From contig OZ246405.1 of the NCBI GenBank assembly GCA_965231005.1, positions 610,709 through 674,708 of the forward strand: a stretch of 64,000 nt of DNA. Direction: 5' to 3'. Below are positions 36,571-47,290 of the stretch, piece after piece. This DNA comes from an uncultured Gammaproteobacteria bacterium (lineage in GTDB: Bacteria > Patescibacteriota > Patescibacteriia > Magasanikbacterales > UBA922). A program made the translations under genes and the position numbers. Under the pieces are notes generated by a model, which was not told where the DNA came from, searched no databases, and saw only the letters and a program-made list of their open reading frames with translations. Numbering within the stretch: the first letter of the stretch is position 1; each line of letters opens with the position of its first letter.

Positions 36571-37197
36571 TTACTTTTTAGCAAACAGCTTAATCCATCC
36601 ATATTTCGCTTCTGGCCATTCACTATCTTGAGTATAGGATTCAATAAGAGAAAAACCTGTATCTGCTACAGCTTTTTCAATATACTTTTTTTCAAAAAAA
36701 GACCAAAATTTTTTAACATCACCATATCTTTTGTCTGGTGCAATATGTTCTCCTTGCCCTTCTTTTCCTTCTTTCACAGAAGCATAAAAAATGCCATTCT
36801 TTTTTAATACTCTATGTGCCTCTTTTAGTGCGTTGGGTAAATCAGTTTTTGGAATATGCAAATAGCTTGCACTTGCCCAAATACCATCAAAATAATTATT
36901 TGGGAAATCAAGTTCTTTTAGATCCATGATTTTAAATTTTGCTTTGGGCACTCTTTTTGCAGCAGTCTCTATCATCTTTTCTGACAAGTCCACACCTATA
37001 ACATGAAAGCCTAATGCTGCAAAAATCTTTGCATCACGCCCTGGACCACATCCAAGATCTAAGATTAAAGCATTTGGTTTTAAAAATGAAAGGAATTTTT
37101 TTGCTTCTTTTGCAGGATGAAGGCTGTCAGTTTTTTGAATAAACGCATCAACGGTTTTATTGTAACTTTCAATAGTTATCTCTTGATTATTTTTCAT
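36571..37197 (-). CDS. Class I SAM-dependent methyltransferase
   Basis: ILDLGCGPGRDAKIFAALGFHVIGVDLSEKMIETA matches motif I. Confidence 0.75.
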   Translation of the reverse strand: MKNNQEITIESYNKTVDAFIQKTDSLHPAKEAKKFLSFLKPNALILDLGCGPGRDAKIFAALGFHVIGVDLSEKMIETAAKRVPKAKFKIMDLKELDFPNNYFDGIWASASYLHIPKTDLPNALKEAHRVLKKNGIFYASVKEGKEGQGEHIAPDKRYGDVKKFWSFFEKKYIEKAVADTGFSLIESYTQDSEWPEAKYGWIKLFAKK

Positions 37198-37205
37198 AGA
37201 TTGAT

Positions 37206-39056
37206 CTATTTCACTTTTGTTCCTTTTTGTTGTGCCTTTTTGTCATCTTTCAAAGAAATATCAAGAGCAGTATGTTTGGATAATAAATCTTTCTGAATAT
37301 GACTGTCTTTTCCAGTGATTCGTATGTTTTCTAGAAGTGTTGGCATGCTGTTTCGTTGTGAGTCTGTTGGAGTAAGTCCAAGTTCAAAATATATACCTGG
37401 TTTTGTATGCGCTTTTAACGATGGAATTGACCAAGAAATTGTTCTTGTTTTTTCATTAAATACTGGTTTTGACCCATGACTGACACTACTTTTCCCAGTC
37501 CATTCTACATAAGAAGGAAGTGTTGCAGAAAGTTGAAATCGTTCTACATCACTTGTTGTATTTTGAATAGAAATCAATGCCCAGTATTTTGTTTGTTTTC
37601 CAACCTGTGGTGGAAGTGGACCTCTTCCTAGTTGATCACCATCAACAGTATAATATCGTGATTCGGCATTCAAAGAAAGATTTGTTCCAAGTGCAATTGA
37701 AGGTGAGTTTATTTCTCTTGAATAAATTCCCTGAGTAATATTTGGAATGGATCCAGAAAGGGTTCCATCAAGTTCCAAAAAGATATCTGAACCTTTGTGA
37801 ATCAATTTATTTGTCGGTATTGATAGAGTCAATTCAGTTGACGCACCTGGTTCAAGACTGGCAAGATTGGCAGCATGTTTTTTTGAAACAGTAAATGATC
37901 CGTTGCTGTATTCTCCCTGATTGTTTGCAATAAGTGCTTGGCTATGTACAGTGTTTGGAATATCTATTGAAACCGATAGATCAGACAAGGCGGTTGATCC
38001 ATTATTCTTAATAAATACAATAAGTGGTTGAGCGCTTCCAGGATGAATGCCTTCAGTTCCATTTTGCCAATTCATGTGTGATTCAATATTAGGGTGAACA
38101 ACAGTAAATTGCTTGGTTATAGTTTTTTGGTCATACCAATTATTGTTCACTTTTATACGAGGTGTAATATGTAGAAATGCATGTTCTTTTTTATCTCGTA
38201 TATTGATTGTGAGGGTTCCATGAAGATTTGCTTTCACTTTAGATTGTATGCTGGATATATCTATCGTCCATACATTATTTATAATTGTTCCCAAAGATGG
38301 TTGTTTTCCAGTGAAAAGGAATTCATTATTTTGAGGCAAAGGAATAGCAATTTGCTTTATGTGCTGTGTATTGTCCATCATTATTTCAATATAAATAGGT
38401 ACTTCACTTTGTCCAAGAATATGTTTTGGAACATCTGCAGAAGCTTCAAGAAGCGATCCACGAAGTGTTGTGATAATAGATACTTTTTTGCTTTCCTGCA
38501 CTGGACGATCATGCTGATAATATGAGAGCTCAGCTTGAACACGATCTTCTATTTCAGGGATCCCATAAAATGTACCAGAAATTTCAACATTACCAGTCGC
38601 ACCTGGTGGAAGATTTCCCAAATCAAATGTACGAGTTTGAGGATTAAATATCTTTGTTGGTTTTGTATCTTGTAGGACAAATCCTTGTGGAAGGTGAAAA
38701 CTTAGATTCACACCTTTTATCTCTTCATGGTTTGTATTTCCATATGAGACAATGTAGGTTATATTTTCTCCTGATGCAATGCGCTGTTCTGATGCATCAA
38801 TAGAAAGAGTAATCTTATCTACAATTGATGGGTCATAAAGAAACCAAGCTGCTGTGATTGCTGACAATACAAATACTGACAACACAAGAAGAATATCAAA
38901 GAAGAAGAGTTTTTTCGCATGAACAAACGTAAGGTGGTATCTCTTTTTATAACGCATCTCACAAAAGTGAATAGGGGAGGAGAGAAACGCAAAAAACCAC
39001 TTGTGAGGTGCTTTGAAAAAATGATGTTTGTTCAAATAATCTTCAACGATTTTCAT
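37206..39056 (-). CDS. Large membrane-anchored hypothetical protein with a beta-rich extracytoplasmic region
   Basis: N-terminal TM helix LFFFDILLVLSVFVLSAITAAWF. Ser/Thr/Asn-rich repetitive beta-like segments. Confidence 0.45.
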   Translation of the reverse strand: MKIVEDYLNKHHFFKAPHKWFFAFLSSPIHFCEMRYKKRYHLTFVHAKKLFFFDILLVLSVFVLSAITAAWFLYDPSIVDKITLSIDASEQRIASGENITYIVSYGNTNHEEIKGVNLSFHLPQGFVLQDTKPTKIFNPQTRTFDLGNLPPGATGNVEISGTFYGIPEIEDRVQAELSYYQHDRPVQESKKVSIITTLRGSLLEASADVPKHILGQSEVPIYIEIMMDNTQHIKQIAIPLPQNNEFLFTGKQPSLGTIINNVWTIDISSIQSKVKANLHGTLTINIRDKKEHAFLHITPRIKVNNNWYDQKTITKQFTVVHPNIESHMNWQNGTEGIHPGSAQPLIVFIKNNGSTALSDLSVSIDIPNTVHSQALIANNQGEYSNGSFTVSKKHAANLASLEPGASTELTLSIPTNKLIHKGSDIFLELDGTLSGSIPNITQGIYSREINSPSIALGTNLSLNAESRYYTVDGDQLGRGPLPPQVGKQTKYWALISIQNTTSDVERFQLSATLPSYVEWTGKSSVSHGSKPVFNEKTRTISWSIPSLKAHTKPGIYFELGLTPTDSQRNSMPTLLENIRITGKDSHIQKDLLSKHTALDISLKDDKKAQQKGTKVK

Positions 39057-39081
39057 ATCGTGGTGGTCTGGATTTGATATG

Positions 39082-39444
39082 CTAATTTTTTAAAAGGTCA
39101 GCAGCCCGTAGGAGAAGCTGTGTTGTTGGATTGATTGCTATAGTTTTCTCTAGCTTTCTCATTATTGTTCTATTTTTGCGATGAATGTATGTCCACTCCA
39201 ATACAAGTTTCTCTTGCCCTTTAGATCGAATAAGACTTACCACTTTCTCAACATCCATACTTGGATCAACAATGATTCCTCGAATTCGCATCAGTTTTCT
39301 CATGTTGCCTTCATGCGAGAGGAGTTTGTTAAATTCATCTTCAGATGTAGGCATCTCCTCTTTGGGGATATCTATTGTATAGCCACTTTGATCAAGAAAT
39401 TTGTCTTCATCACTCCGTTGGTCATGTTTTCCGTTTTCCTTCAT
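39082..39444 (-). CDS. Hypothetical protein
   Basis: 120-aa ORF. Confidence 0.35.
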   Translation of the reverse strand: MKENGKHDQRSDEDKFLDQSGYTIDIPKEEMPTSEDEFNKLLSHEGNMRKLMRIRGIIVDPSMDVEKVVSLIRSKGQEKLVLEWTYIHRKNRTIMRKLEKTIAINPTTQLLLRAADLLKN

Positions 39445-39565
39445 ATTCTTATATTTATTTAAATAAAATTTGCATTAGACAAATGAAATGCTGCTTAGCT
39501 ATATGGTATCATTTTTTTTAGTGCAGTTCCATACAAAAAAAGGGCCTATGCCCTTTTTAATATCT

Positions 39566-39910
39566 TTATTGATTGTCTGTGTCTTCCTTATCTGGCTTAG
39601 CAATACTTTTCTTGCTTGGGGAATACAGCGTATTATTGATTTTCCACTTTCCAACATATTGGCCAATACCATGGGTATTGGACTTATTCTTTACAGTAGT
39701 TTTTGCTTGAGACCACTTTACAAGGCTTTCAAAGTTTATCTTATATCTTCCAGCAACAACAATATAGGTAATTTCTTGGTTTTTAATCGCTCTTCGGATT
39801 GTTTGTGCATTTACACCAAACAATCGAGCTGCCTCAGAAACAGAAACTCTTACCATTTGTTTTCCTTGTTGTTGGTCATTATTCATATTTGTATACAATT
39901 GTATATACAA
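39566..39910 (-). CDS. Excisionase-family helix-turn-helix DNA-binding protein
   Basis: VSVSEAARLFGVNAQTIRRAIKNQEITYIVVAGRYKI matches the excisionase/MerR-type HTH. Confidence 0.5.
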   Translation of the reverse strand: MYIQLYTNMNNDQQQGKQMVRVSVSEAARLFGVNAQTIRRAIKNQEITYIVVAGRYKINFESLVKWSQAKTTVKNKSNTHGIGQYVGKWKINNTLYSPSKKSIAKPDKEDTDNQ

Positions 39911-39992
39911 AATATACCAAATAAGCAGTAATTTGTCAAGGTAGTCATTATTCTCTTTTTTTGTGCCTTTTATCCTGATAAATGAGCATATT

Positions 39993-40079
39993 TGTATAGA
40001 CTAGTGTACACAAAATTTAGCATTCATATTTATTTATATTAAGGCAAAAACTTATAAAAAAGTATAGACTAGTCTATAC
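39993..40079. promoter_or_regulatory. Two palindromic operator-like sites TGTATAGACTAGTGTACA and TATAGACTAGTCTATA in the divergent region upstream of the ECF sigma gene
   Basis: Site 2 is a perfect 16-bp palindrome and site 1 has one substitution. A shorter TGTATATACA lies at 39893. Confidence 0.45.
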
Positions 40080-40362
40080 AAATTTATCTCATTCTAAGGA
40101 CAGGAAGAGAGCAGCTACTTATTGATTTGAGCCTTTTTGCCTTTTCGCTTTTTTGCGTTTTCAGATATTGACTTTTTTGTAATAATAGTGTTAAATATTG
40201 CACGATTATGGGATATCTTGGTTGTTTTTTGTCTATGATTCTGTTATACTCTTCCCGTATAAAAAGATATCTCTATTGGTTTTAGTGGTATTTTCAGTTT
40301 TTGATCAATATAACTCTAAATTTCGCGGGTGTAACATTTTTGTTATTTGCTCGTCTTCTTAT

Positions 40363-40920
40363 ATGAAGGAAAGACTTACTGAAAAATTTTTGCTCTATCA
40401 AGTTCAGGTCAAGAAGAATCCAGATTCATTTGGACACCTGTATGATAGATATATAGATAAGATATATCGCTTTGTTTATCTCAAGCTCTCCAATAAGCAC
40501 GAGGCAGAAGATGTAACAAGTGAAGTCTTCCTTAAGACATGGAACTATCTTACTGATAATTCAAAAGTCCATGTAAAAAGTTTTAGCGGCCTCATATATA
40601 AGATTGCAAGAAATGCAGTCATTGATATTTATAGAAGTCGTGCAAGAAATAAAGAAACCTCTTTGGAAGCAATGCCTGAACTGCCTCAAGACACAAGTAT
40701 TATAGATTCCATACATATCAATCAAGAAGTTCAAGCCCTTCTTCGTCAGGTAAAGAAAATGAAGAATGAATATCAAGAAGTGGTTGTACTCAGATATGTG
40801 GACAATTTACCAATTTCAGAAATAGCGCAGATTCTTGGAAAAAAGAAAACAAATGTGCGTGTTACCCTTCATCGGGCACTCAAAGTTCTAAAAAAATTGA
40901 CAGGGGAATCTCATGAGTAA
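40363..40920 (+). CDS. ECF-type RNA polymerase sigma factor
   Basis: Region 2 (IYRFVYLKLSNKHEAEDVTSEVFLKTWNYL). Region 4 (YQEVVVLRYVDNLPISEIAQILGKKKTNVRVTLHRALKVLKK). Confidence 0.8.
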   Translation: MKERLTEKFLLYQVQVKKNPDSFGHLYDRYIDKIYRFVYLKLSNKHEAEDVTSEVFLKTWNYLTDNSKVHVKSFSGLIYKIARNAVIDIYRSRARNKETSLEAMPELPQDTSIIDSIHINQEVQALLRQVKKMKNEYQEVVVLRYVDNLPISEIAQILGKKKTNVRVTLHRALKVLKKLTGESHE

Positions 40921-42199
40921 AAAACTCATCCAACAACTCAAATCATTTGAATATGACGGTCGGATCAATCCAGACCGTGTTTGGGTTTCAGAGACAAAAA
41001 AGGATCTAATGATGAGAATTAGAAATTCAGGTTCACAAAAAGTATCAAGAAAAATCCAACCAATGAAATTTGCAACATGGTTTATGCCTTCAAATATGGC
41101 ATATTTCACACGACCAGCTATGGCTCTTTTCATTATTGCAACACTAACTGTTGGTGGTTGGATTGCAGGTGTAAATGCATCATACAACAGTTTGCCAGGA
41201 GATACGTTGTATGGAGTAAAACTTGCAGCTGAAAAAACACAGGTTGCTTTTGCCGTTGTAACTCGAGATAAGCAAGTTGAAACACAATTACATCTTGAAT
41301 TTGCTTCACGTCGTTCAAAAGAAGCAAAAGATGTTATTGCAAATAATCCTCAAGCAAAAGAACAAGCACAAGTTGCAGTGAAGAAAATTAAAAAATCAAT
41401 TGACTCAGCAAAAAGTGCTATTGAAAAGGTTGGACAAAAAGATCTTGTAAAAGCTGTTGCTTTAGCAAAAGATATTAACACAACAAAAAAAGAAATCATT
41501 TCTGATCTAAAAGATTTATCAGAAGACGTTACATTGGCAAAGGAAGTTGTTGATGCAACATCTGCAGTAAACGATGCTGCACTTGATACAGTTGAAGATA
41601 TTGTAGAAAAGATTGTAGAAGACGATGCAAAAGAAGTTGTAGAAGAAAAGAAAGAGGAAAAAGAAAAAGTCGCAAAAGAAGTTGTAGAGTTAGTTACAGG
41701 TGTTATTGATGGAGCTACTGATGAAACAAAAGAAAATTTGGAAACAGGGGCAATTGATTTGAAAGAATTGTCAGATACTGTGCAATCTGAGACATTTGCT
41801 TCTTCAACAAAGGCTATTGATCCAAAAAAGACAGATACAACAGCTCTTATAAATGTTTCAGATGTGACATCAACTCCTCAAGTTGCAGAAAAAGTTGTGA
41901 AAGAAGCTGAGCAGCAAGTTGATGCAGCAACTGAATTGGTTGATGACATTTTAGAAGAAGCAAGAGATTTGGTTGAAGGACAACAGCTTGTTGAGGCAAT
42001 TAAAAAAGTTAAACAAGCAACTGAAGTGAATAAAGAAGCTGCAGAAGTCGTTGTAAAAACAAAAGAAGTTGTTCAAAAGGCGCAAGAAAATATTAAAGAT
42101 GTTTCAGAAGATGAACCTGCAGCAACTGATGCAACAGATGAGGACGAGGAAAAAAAGATAGAGACGAAAGATAATAGTAAACAAGAAATTTCAGAGTAA
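40913..42199 (+). CDS. Putative anti-sigma factor: single-pass membrane protein with a long acidic coiled-coil ectodomain
   Basis: Start overlaps the sigma stop (ATGAGTAA). TM helix AMALFIIATLTVGGWIAGV. Glu/Lys/Val-rich C-terminus. Confidence 0.45.
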   Translation: MSKKLIQQLKSFEYDGRINPDRVWVSETKKDLMMRIRNSGSQKVSRKIQPMKFATWFMPSNMAYFTRPAMALFIIATLTVGGWIAGVNASYNSLPGDTLYGVKLAAEKTQVAFAVVTRDKQVETQLHLEFASRRSKEAKDVIANNPQAKEQAQVAVKKIKKSIDSAKSAIEKVGQKDLVKAVALAKDINTTKKEIISDLKDLSEDVTLAKEVVDATSAVNDAALDTVEDIVEKIVEDDAKEVVEEKKEEKEKVAKEVVELVTGVIDGATDETKENLETGAIDLKELSDTVQSETFASSTKAIDPKKTDTTALINVSDVTSTPQVAEKVVKEAEQQVDAATELVDDILEEARDLVEGQQLVEAIKKVKQATEVNKEAAEVVVKTKEVVQKAQENIKDVSEDEPAATDATDEDEEKKIETKDNSKQEISE

Positions 42200-42584
42200 T
42201 CTTGAAGGCAGTGTTTTTTTCTCTAGCACTAACAGTAGAGAAAAGAACTGTGCCTTCTGTAGAATGCACAAGCAGTATATGAATATTAATTACCTATACT
42301 GTATGGCTCATGCCCTGAACTCTACCGCAAGTCGAGGGTAGTTCAGGGCAGAATGCCATATAGTATGACCGTTCGCGGTCTGTTATAGCTTTTGCTATAG
42401 CATGGGAACTCCGACGCAGTCGGAATGCCATTTTGCCTTTATAAAAGGTAATTGTGGCGTGTATATAGTCCAAGGTCGAGGCTCGATCCGAGTCGCTATA
42501 TACTTGTAGATAATAGTTTTATCTGTAGACACTTTCTTGCAACGCAGGAAAGGCGCGTTACGGATAAGACGAAAGAATGTATTT

Positions 42585-45500
42585 ATGAGTAATGTATTAC
42601 GCTTAACAAAAGATGCGTTTACATGGTCAGTTGTTGTATTGACAATCCTCTGGAGCATGGGTGTAGCTGCACTCGTTCCATTGGTAGCACAAGCAGCAAC
42701 ATGTCCTACACTGAATGCTGGTGACTTGTTCAAAGTTTCTGGAAATTCAGCTGTATATCTGGTTAACCCAGACATGAAACGCATGTACTTCCCAAACAGT
42801 GAAGTTTACCACTCATGGTATGAAAACTTCTCTGGAGTACAAACAATTGCCAACACATGTGTTGACAATTATCCAAGTGGTGGTGGTGTAAACTACCGTC
42901 CAGGTTCACAATTGATCAAAGTTGTTATTTCTCCAAATGTTTACGCAGTTGGACCAGACAACATGAAGCATAAAATTGCTAGCGAAGCAGTTGCAAAAGA
43001 TCTCTACGGAGCTGACTGGGCAAAACTTGTCCGTGATCTTCCAGATGTATTCGATGCAAACTACAGCGTTGGTGCTGAATTGAAAGATGCAACACCTCAC
43101 AATGGTCAATTGGTAAAGAAATCAGGTGATTCAAAAACTTACCATGTTGTAGGTGGAAAACTAACAGAAGTTAGTGGATCACTTTCAAAAGCTGCAAGCG
43201 GTGATGTTCGAACACTCTCAGCTACAACATTTGCAAAATTAGAAAAAGCAAGTGGTACAGCAACAGCAGCAAGTGTTCTTTCAAACCCTTCACAAAAAGC
43301 AGGCGGAAGTAGTTCTACTACTAAACCAACAGGTCCTGCAACTTCACCAGGTGCTGTAACAGTTGCTTTGGCAGCTGACACACCAGCAGCAGGATATGCT
43401 TTGAAGAATGCAACACGTGTTGGATTCACAAAGTTTAACTTGACAGCAGGTAGTGATCCTGTAACAATCAAATCTTTGAAGATTGAACGTACAGGTTCTC
43501 CTGCAAGTGATGGTGCATTTACAGGTGTTAACATCATGAAACCAAATGGTGACCTATTGAGTTCTTCATACAAGACATTGAACTCAGATCACCAAGCAAC
43601 CTTTACAGAAGATATTGTGGTTCCTGCAAACTCAACAGTATCTTACACATTGGTTGGTAAAATTGTTGACAACACAACATACAGTGGTGAAGTTCCAACA
43701 TTGACATTGGTATCATTGGATACAGATGCAACAGTGAGTGGTTCTCTTCCACTTGTAGGTAATGCACAAACAATTAACACAACAGTTAATGTTGCAGATC
43801 TTACAGTTGCTGAAGGAACAGACGTTGGTGCTAACACAGAAGAGGTTGGTACAGTCGGATATGACTTCACAGCAGTGAAATTGACAAACAGTGCATCAAA
43901 TGCTGACCTTCAAATTGAATCTATTAAGTTCAACAATGCTGGTTCAGCAGATGATGGAGACATTGATAATGCATCTTTGGTTATTGATGGTGAAGCAGTT
44001 GCCACAGCAAGCATGGATAAAAACTACATCTACTTTGACCTTTCAAAATGTGGTGACAAATGTAAGATTGAAGCTGGAAAGAATGAAACATTCACACTTC
44101 GTGCAGACATTATTGGTGGTTCAGGAAGAACTCTTGACTTTGACATTAAGAGAGCAGACGACATTGTCGCAAAAGATCTCTTAAACAATGTCTACGTTAC
44201 ACCAAGTGGAGCACTTAATGCTGGAAACATCATTACAGTTTCACGAGGTACATTGACAGTTAGCAAGACAAACACAGTTGCTGCTTCAAACATTCCATCA
44301 GACACAACTGATCTTGAGTTGGGTTCTTGGAATTTTAAAGTAGAAGGTGAGCCTATCACAGTTAGCACAATTAAGTTTGATATTGATGTAACAAACACTG
44401 TGTCTTCTTCAGACTTTACAAGTTTGAAACTTTATAACAAGACAACAGGTGCTACACTTACTGGTGGAACAGATGGTGCAGATGCAAGCACAAGTTCTAA
44501 AGATGGTAGTGTTTCATTTACAGATTCTTTCACACTTCCAATTGGTAATAATGAAATTATCCTTAAAGGTAACTTGAGCAGCGATGCTGCTTCAGATGAT
44601 ACTGTACAGTTCGCAGTTGACTTTACTGCTGCTTCTACAGATAACTTGGATGCAACTGGTAATGTAACAGGTGATGCAATTGCACTTAGTGCAACTGCAG
44701 CTGATAACTATGCAAATCCTTACGGATCAGAAGTTGATGCTAACCTTCTTACAGTGAAAGGACTTTCACTTGATGTTGTAACATTGTCTAACCCAGCAGC
44801 TCAAACAATCGCAGCTGGTTCAGCTGGTGTACACTTCAGCACAGTTTCCTTCGATGCTACAGATTCTTCTGAAGACATCAAGGTAACACAGTTCCACATC
44901 AATGTAACAACTACAGGTGCTGCTGCAAACGAATTACAGAACATTAAGTTCCAAGTAAATGATAAAGCAGACGGAAGTTACAGAGAATTGGGTATTTCAA
45001 AGAATGGTACTGATTCAACTTCTGGAAGTGACGAACGAATCAACGTTGCTTTGACTGGTAGTGATCAATTTATAGTCAAGAAAGGCACAAAGCTTAACTT
45101 GAAAGTATATGTTGATCTTAGCGCAAGCGCTACAGCAAACGGCACATTCCAAATCCAAATCAATAATGTAGCAAACAGTGACAGTGATACAACCACAGTA
45201 ACATCTCAAGGTGTTGTTAGTGGAAACGATATTACTGAAACATATGACGCTGCAACAGGTAGTGTTATGACAGTTGGTACAGCAGGTGGTAACCTAGAAG
45301 TTAGCCTTGACTCTTCCAACCCAACAGCACGATTGTTCGCAGCTGGTACAGAAGTTACATTGGGTGCATTCAACTTCTATGCTTCAAATACTGAAGACAT
45401 TGAACTTGATTACATGTACTTGACACAAGTTGTAACAACAGCTGGTTCATCATCATTCAAGGATTATGATGAAATCTGGTTTGTAGACGAAGCTGGTAAA

Positions 45501-46379
45501 GAAATTGCCGGAACAAGAACAAACCCAACAAGTACAGTTCCAAAAGTTGACTTCTCTGATGACGCATTTATCGTCAACATTGATGATACTGACGGAGAAA
45601 CACTCTACTTGAAGGCAAAATTAGCTGCAATTGGAAATGGTAAAAATGGTACTGCTGGAAATTACCTTGGATACAAGGTGAATGCTAAAGCAGACGTTGT
45701 TGCTAAAGGTAACCTAACAGGTAGTGGTACATATGAATTCCTTGGTTCTAGTGCAAATGCTCCAACAGGAAATACGCACTATGGATACAAAGGATACCCA
45801 GTTGTCACAATCAAGGATCTTACAAGCAAGACACTAACAGCCGGTGACTTTGAAATCTTTAGATTTGAAGTTGCTGCTGTCAACAGTGACATTGCATTGT
45901 ATGGATTCACCTTTGATGTTGCTACTACAGTTGTTACTGTAAGAGATCTACAATTGTACAAGATTGAAACAAACAAAGCAGAAACAATTGTTAATGACTC
46001 AAAGGGTGATGTAGGTCCTGATAAGACCTGGCAAACTGTTGGTACAGATTGGACATCCAACTTTGCATCAAGTGAAATCAACGTTTCAAAATCAACACCA
46101 GTTACCTTCTCATTGAAGGGTAACGTTAGTGCCCTAGCTAGTGGTGCTGCTGTTACAGTAAAACTTGCTGGTGATGCAGCTCACTTGCACGTAACAGGTG
46201 TAAATACTGTTATGGGTACTGCTGCGAATGTTGATGCTGATGTAAACGATGACTTTATCTGGTCAGACAAGAGTGCTGACGGTCATTCTACATCAAAGAC
46301 TGACTGGACAAACGGATTCCTCGTTTCAGGACTTCCAGCTACATCAAGTACTCCAAAGTCAGCATCATACACTACATAG
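42585..46379 (+). CDS. Giant (1264 aa) Thr/Ser/Ala-rich cell-surface protein (S-layer or adhesin-like)
   Basis: Signal peptide MSNVLRLTKDAFTWSVVVLTILWSMGVAALVPLVAQAATC. Long beta-rich low-complexity repeats. Confidence 0.55.
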   Translation: MSNVLRLTKDAFTWSVVVLTILWSMGVAALVPLVAQAATCPTLNAGDLFKVSGNSAVYLVNPDMKRMYFPNSEVYHSWYENFSGVQTIANTCVDNYPSGGGVNYRPGSQLIKVVISPNVYAVGPDNMKHKIASEAVAKDLYGADWAKLVRDLPDVFDANYSVGAELKDATPHNGQLVKKSGDSKTYHVVGGKLTEVSGSLSKAASGDVRTLSATTFAKLEKASGTATAASVLSNPSQKAGGSSSTTKPTGPATSPGAVTVALAADTPAAGYALKNATRVGFTKFNLTAGSDPVTIKSLKIERTGSPASDGAFTGVNIMKPNGDLLSSSYKTLNSDHQATFTEDIVVPANSTVSYTLVGKIVDNTTYSGEVPTLTLVSLDTDATVSGSLPLVGNAQTINTTVNVADLTVAEGTDVGANTEEVGTVGYDFTAVKLTNSASNADLQIESIKFNNAGSADDGDIDNASLVIDGEAVATASMDKNYIYFDLSKCGDKCKIEAGKNETFTLRADIIGGSGRTLDFDIKRADDIVAKDLLNNVYVTPSGALNAGNIITVSRGTLTVSKTNTVAASNIPSDTTDLELGSWNFKVEGEPITVSTIKFDIDVTNTVSSSDFTSLKLYNKTTGATLTGGTDGADASTSSKDGSVSFTDSFTLPIGNNEIILKGNLSSDAASDDTVQFAVDFTAASTDNLDATGNVTGDAIALSATAADNYANPYGSEVDANLLTVKGLSLDVVTLSNPAAQTIAAGSAGVHFSTVSFDATDSSEDIKVTQFHINVTTTGAAANELQNIKFQVNDKADGSYRELGISKNGTDSTSGSDERINVALTGSDQFIVKKGTKLNLKVYVDLSASATANGTFQIQINNVANSDSDTTTVTSQGVVSGNDITETYDAATGSVMTVGTAGGNLEVSLDSSNPTARLFAAGTEVTLGAFNFYASNTEDIELDYMYLTQVVTTAGSSSFKDYDEIWFVDEAGKEIAGTRTNPTSTVPKVDFSDDAFIVNIDDTDGETLYLKAKLAAIGNGKNGTAGNYLGYKVNAKADVVAKGNLTGSGTYEFLGSSANAPTGNTHYGYKGYPVVTIKDLTSKTLTAGDFEIFRFEVAAVNSDIALYGFTFDVATTVVTVRDLQLYKIETNKAETIVNDSKGDVGPDKTWQTVGTDWTSNFASSEINVSKSTPVTFSLKGNVSALASGAAVTVKLAGDAAHLHVTGVNTVMGTAANVDADVNDDFIWSDKSADGHSTSKTDWTNGFLVSGLPATSSTPKSASYTT

Positions 46380-46470
46380 TCTACGGAATTATATTTAGCA
46401 ATAATCTTATTGCCTAACATAACCCGTGTAGTGGTAAAGTAAGTACTATACTATCTTTATCAGACGTGCA

Positions 46471-46498
46471 AAGAGCCCGGCCATTTGGCCGGGCTCTT
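46471..46498 (+). terminator. Hairpin aagagcccggccatttggccgggctctt
   Basis: 12-bp perfect stem just after the giant surface gene. Confidence 0.5.
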
Positions 46499-46588
46499 GC
46501 TGTATTTGCAAATTTTTTGCTATTGATGCATTGCCTTTTTTGTGATAAAGTGGATAAAGAGTATTTGTAATCTTTCCATTTTTGTTAT

Positions 46589-47281
46589 ATGAAAAAGAAG
46601 CATATCATAAGCATTTCTGCAATTCTTGGTTTTGCTATTTTACTTATTTTTTTCTTTGTGCAGATTGAAAAAACCAAGACGTTTAATATTGAAAAGTGGA
46701 ACAATGAAGAGTGGGTGTTTGATATTTCAGCACCAGAAAGTTTTTCTGAATATCAAAAAGAGCGATATGAAGAAAAACTCTCACAATCAAAAGAGTTGTT
46801 CAGAGAAGATAATCAAGATAATTGGACTTGGTTTGTTATAGGAAATTTGTATGAATACATCCATGACTATGAGCGCGCAGCTGTTTTTTATAAAAGAGCT
46901 ATAGAAGTAAATGAGCATGACCTAGCCTCATATATAAATCTTGCTACAATATATCAAAATTATCTTCATGATTATCATGAAGCCGAAAAAAATTACATGG
47001 AATTTCTATCTCGGAAAACTGCTGATCCTGACGTATATATTCGTCTAGCTCGACTTTACAATCACAAAATGAATAGACTCAATGATGTAGAGAAAATTCT
47101 TTTAGACGGAATTGAAAAATCAGGGAATTATCCAGAGTTATTTGTTGAACTCATTTTATTGTATGAGAAGCAAGAAGGTGAGTTGTATAATGAGAAGAAG
47201 ATTAAAACAATAAAAAGAATGCTTGAACTCCATCCTGATAATGAGTTGTTGCAAAAAAAATACGGAAAGTTTTTAGAGTAG
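46589..47281 (+). CDS. Membrane-anchored TPR-repeat protein
   Basis: N-terminal helix. TPR-like WFVIGNLYEYIHDYERAAVFYKRAIEVN. Confidence 0.5.
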   Translation: MKKKHIISISAILGFAILLIFFFVQIEKTKTFNIEKWNNEEWVFDISAPESFSEYQKERYEEKLSQSKELFREDNQDNWTWFVIGNLYEYIHDYERAAVFYKRAIEVNEHDLASYINLATIYQNYLHDYHEAEKNYMEFLSRKTADPDVYIRLARLYNHKMNRLNDVEKILLDGIEKSGNYPELFVELILLYEKQEGELYNEKKIKTIKRMLELHPDNELLQKKYGKFLE

Positions 47282-47290
47282 AAAAAATAT

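Noticed and set aside
42395-42784. 129-aa minus-strand ORF across the structured spacer and the start of the surface-protein gene
   Set aside because: It overlaps the signal-peptide region of the 1264-aa gene on the opposite strand and spans hairpin-rich non-coding DNA.
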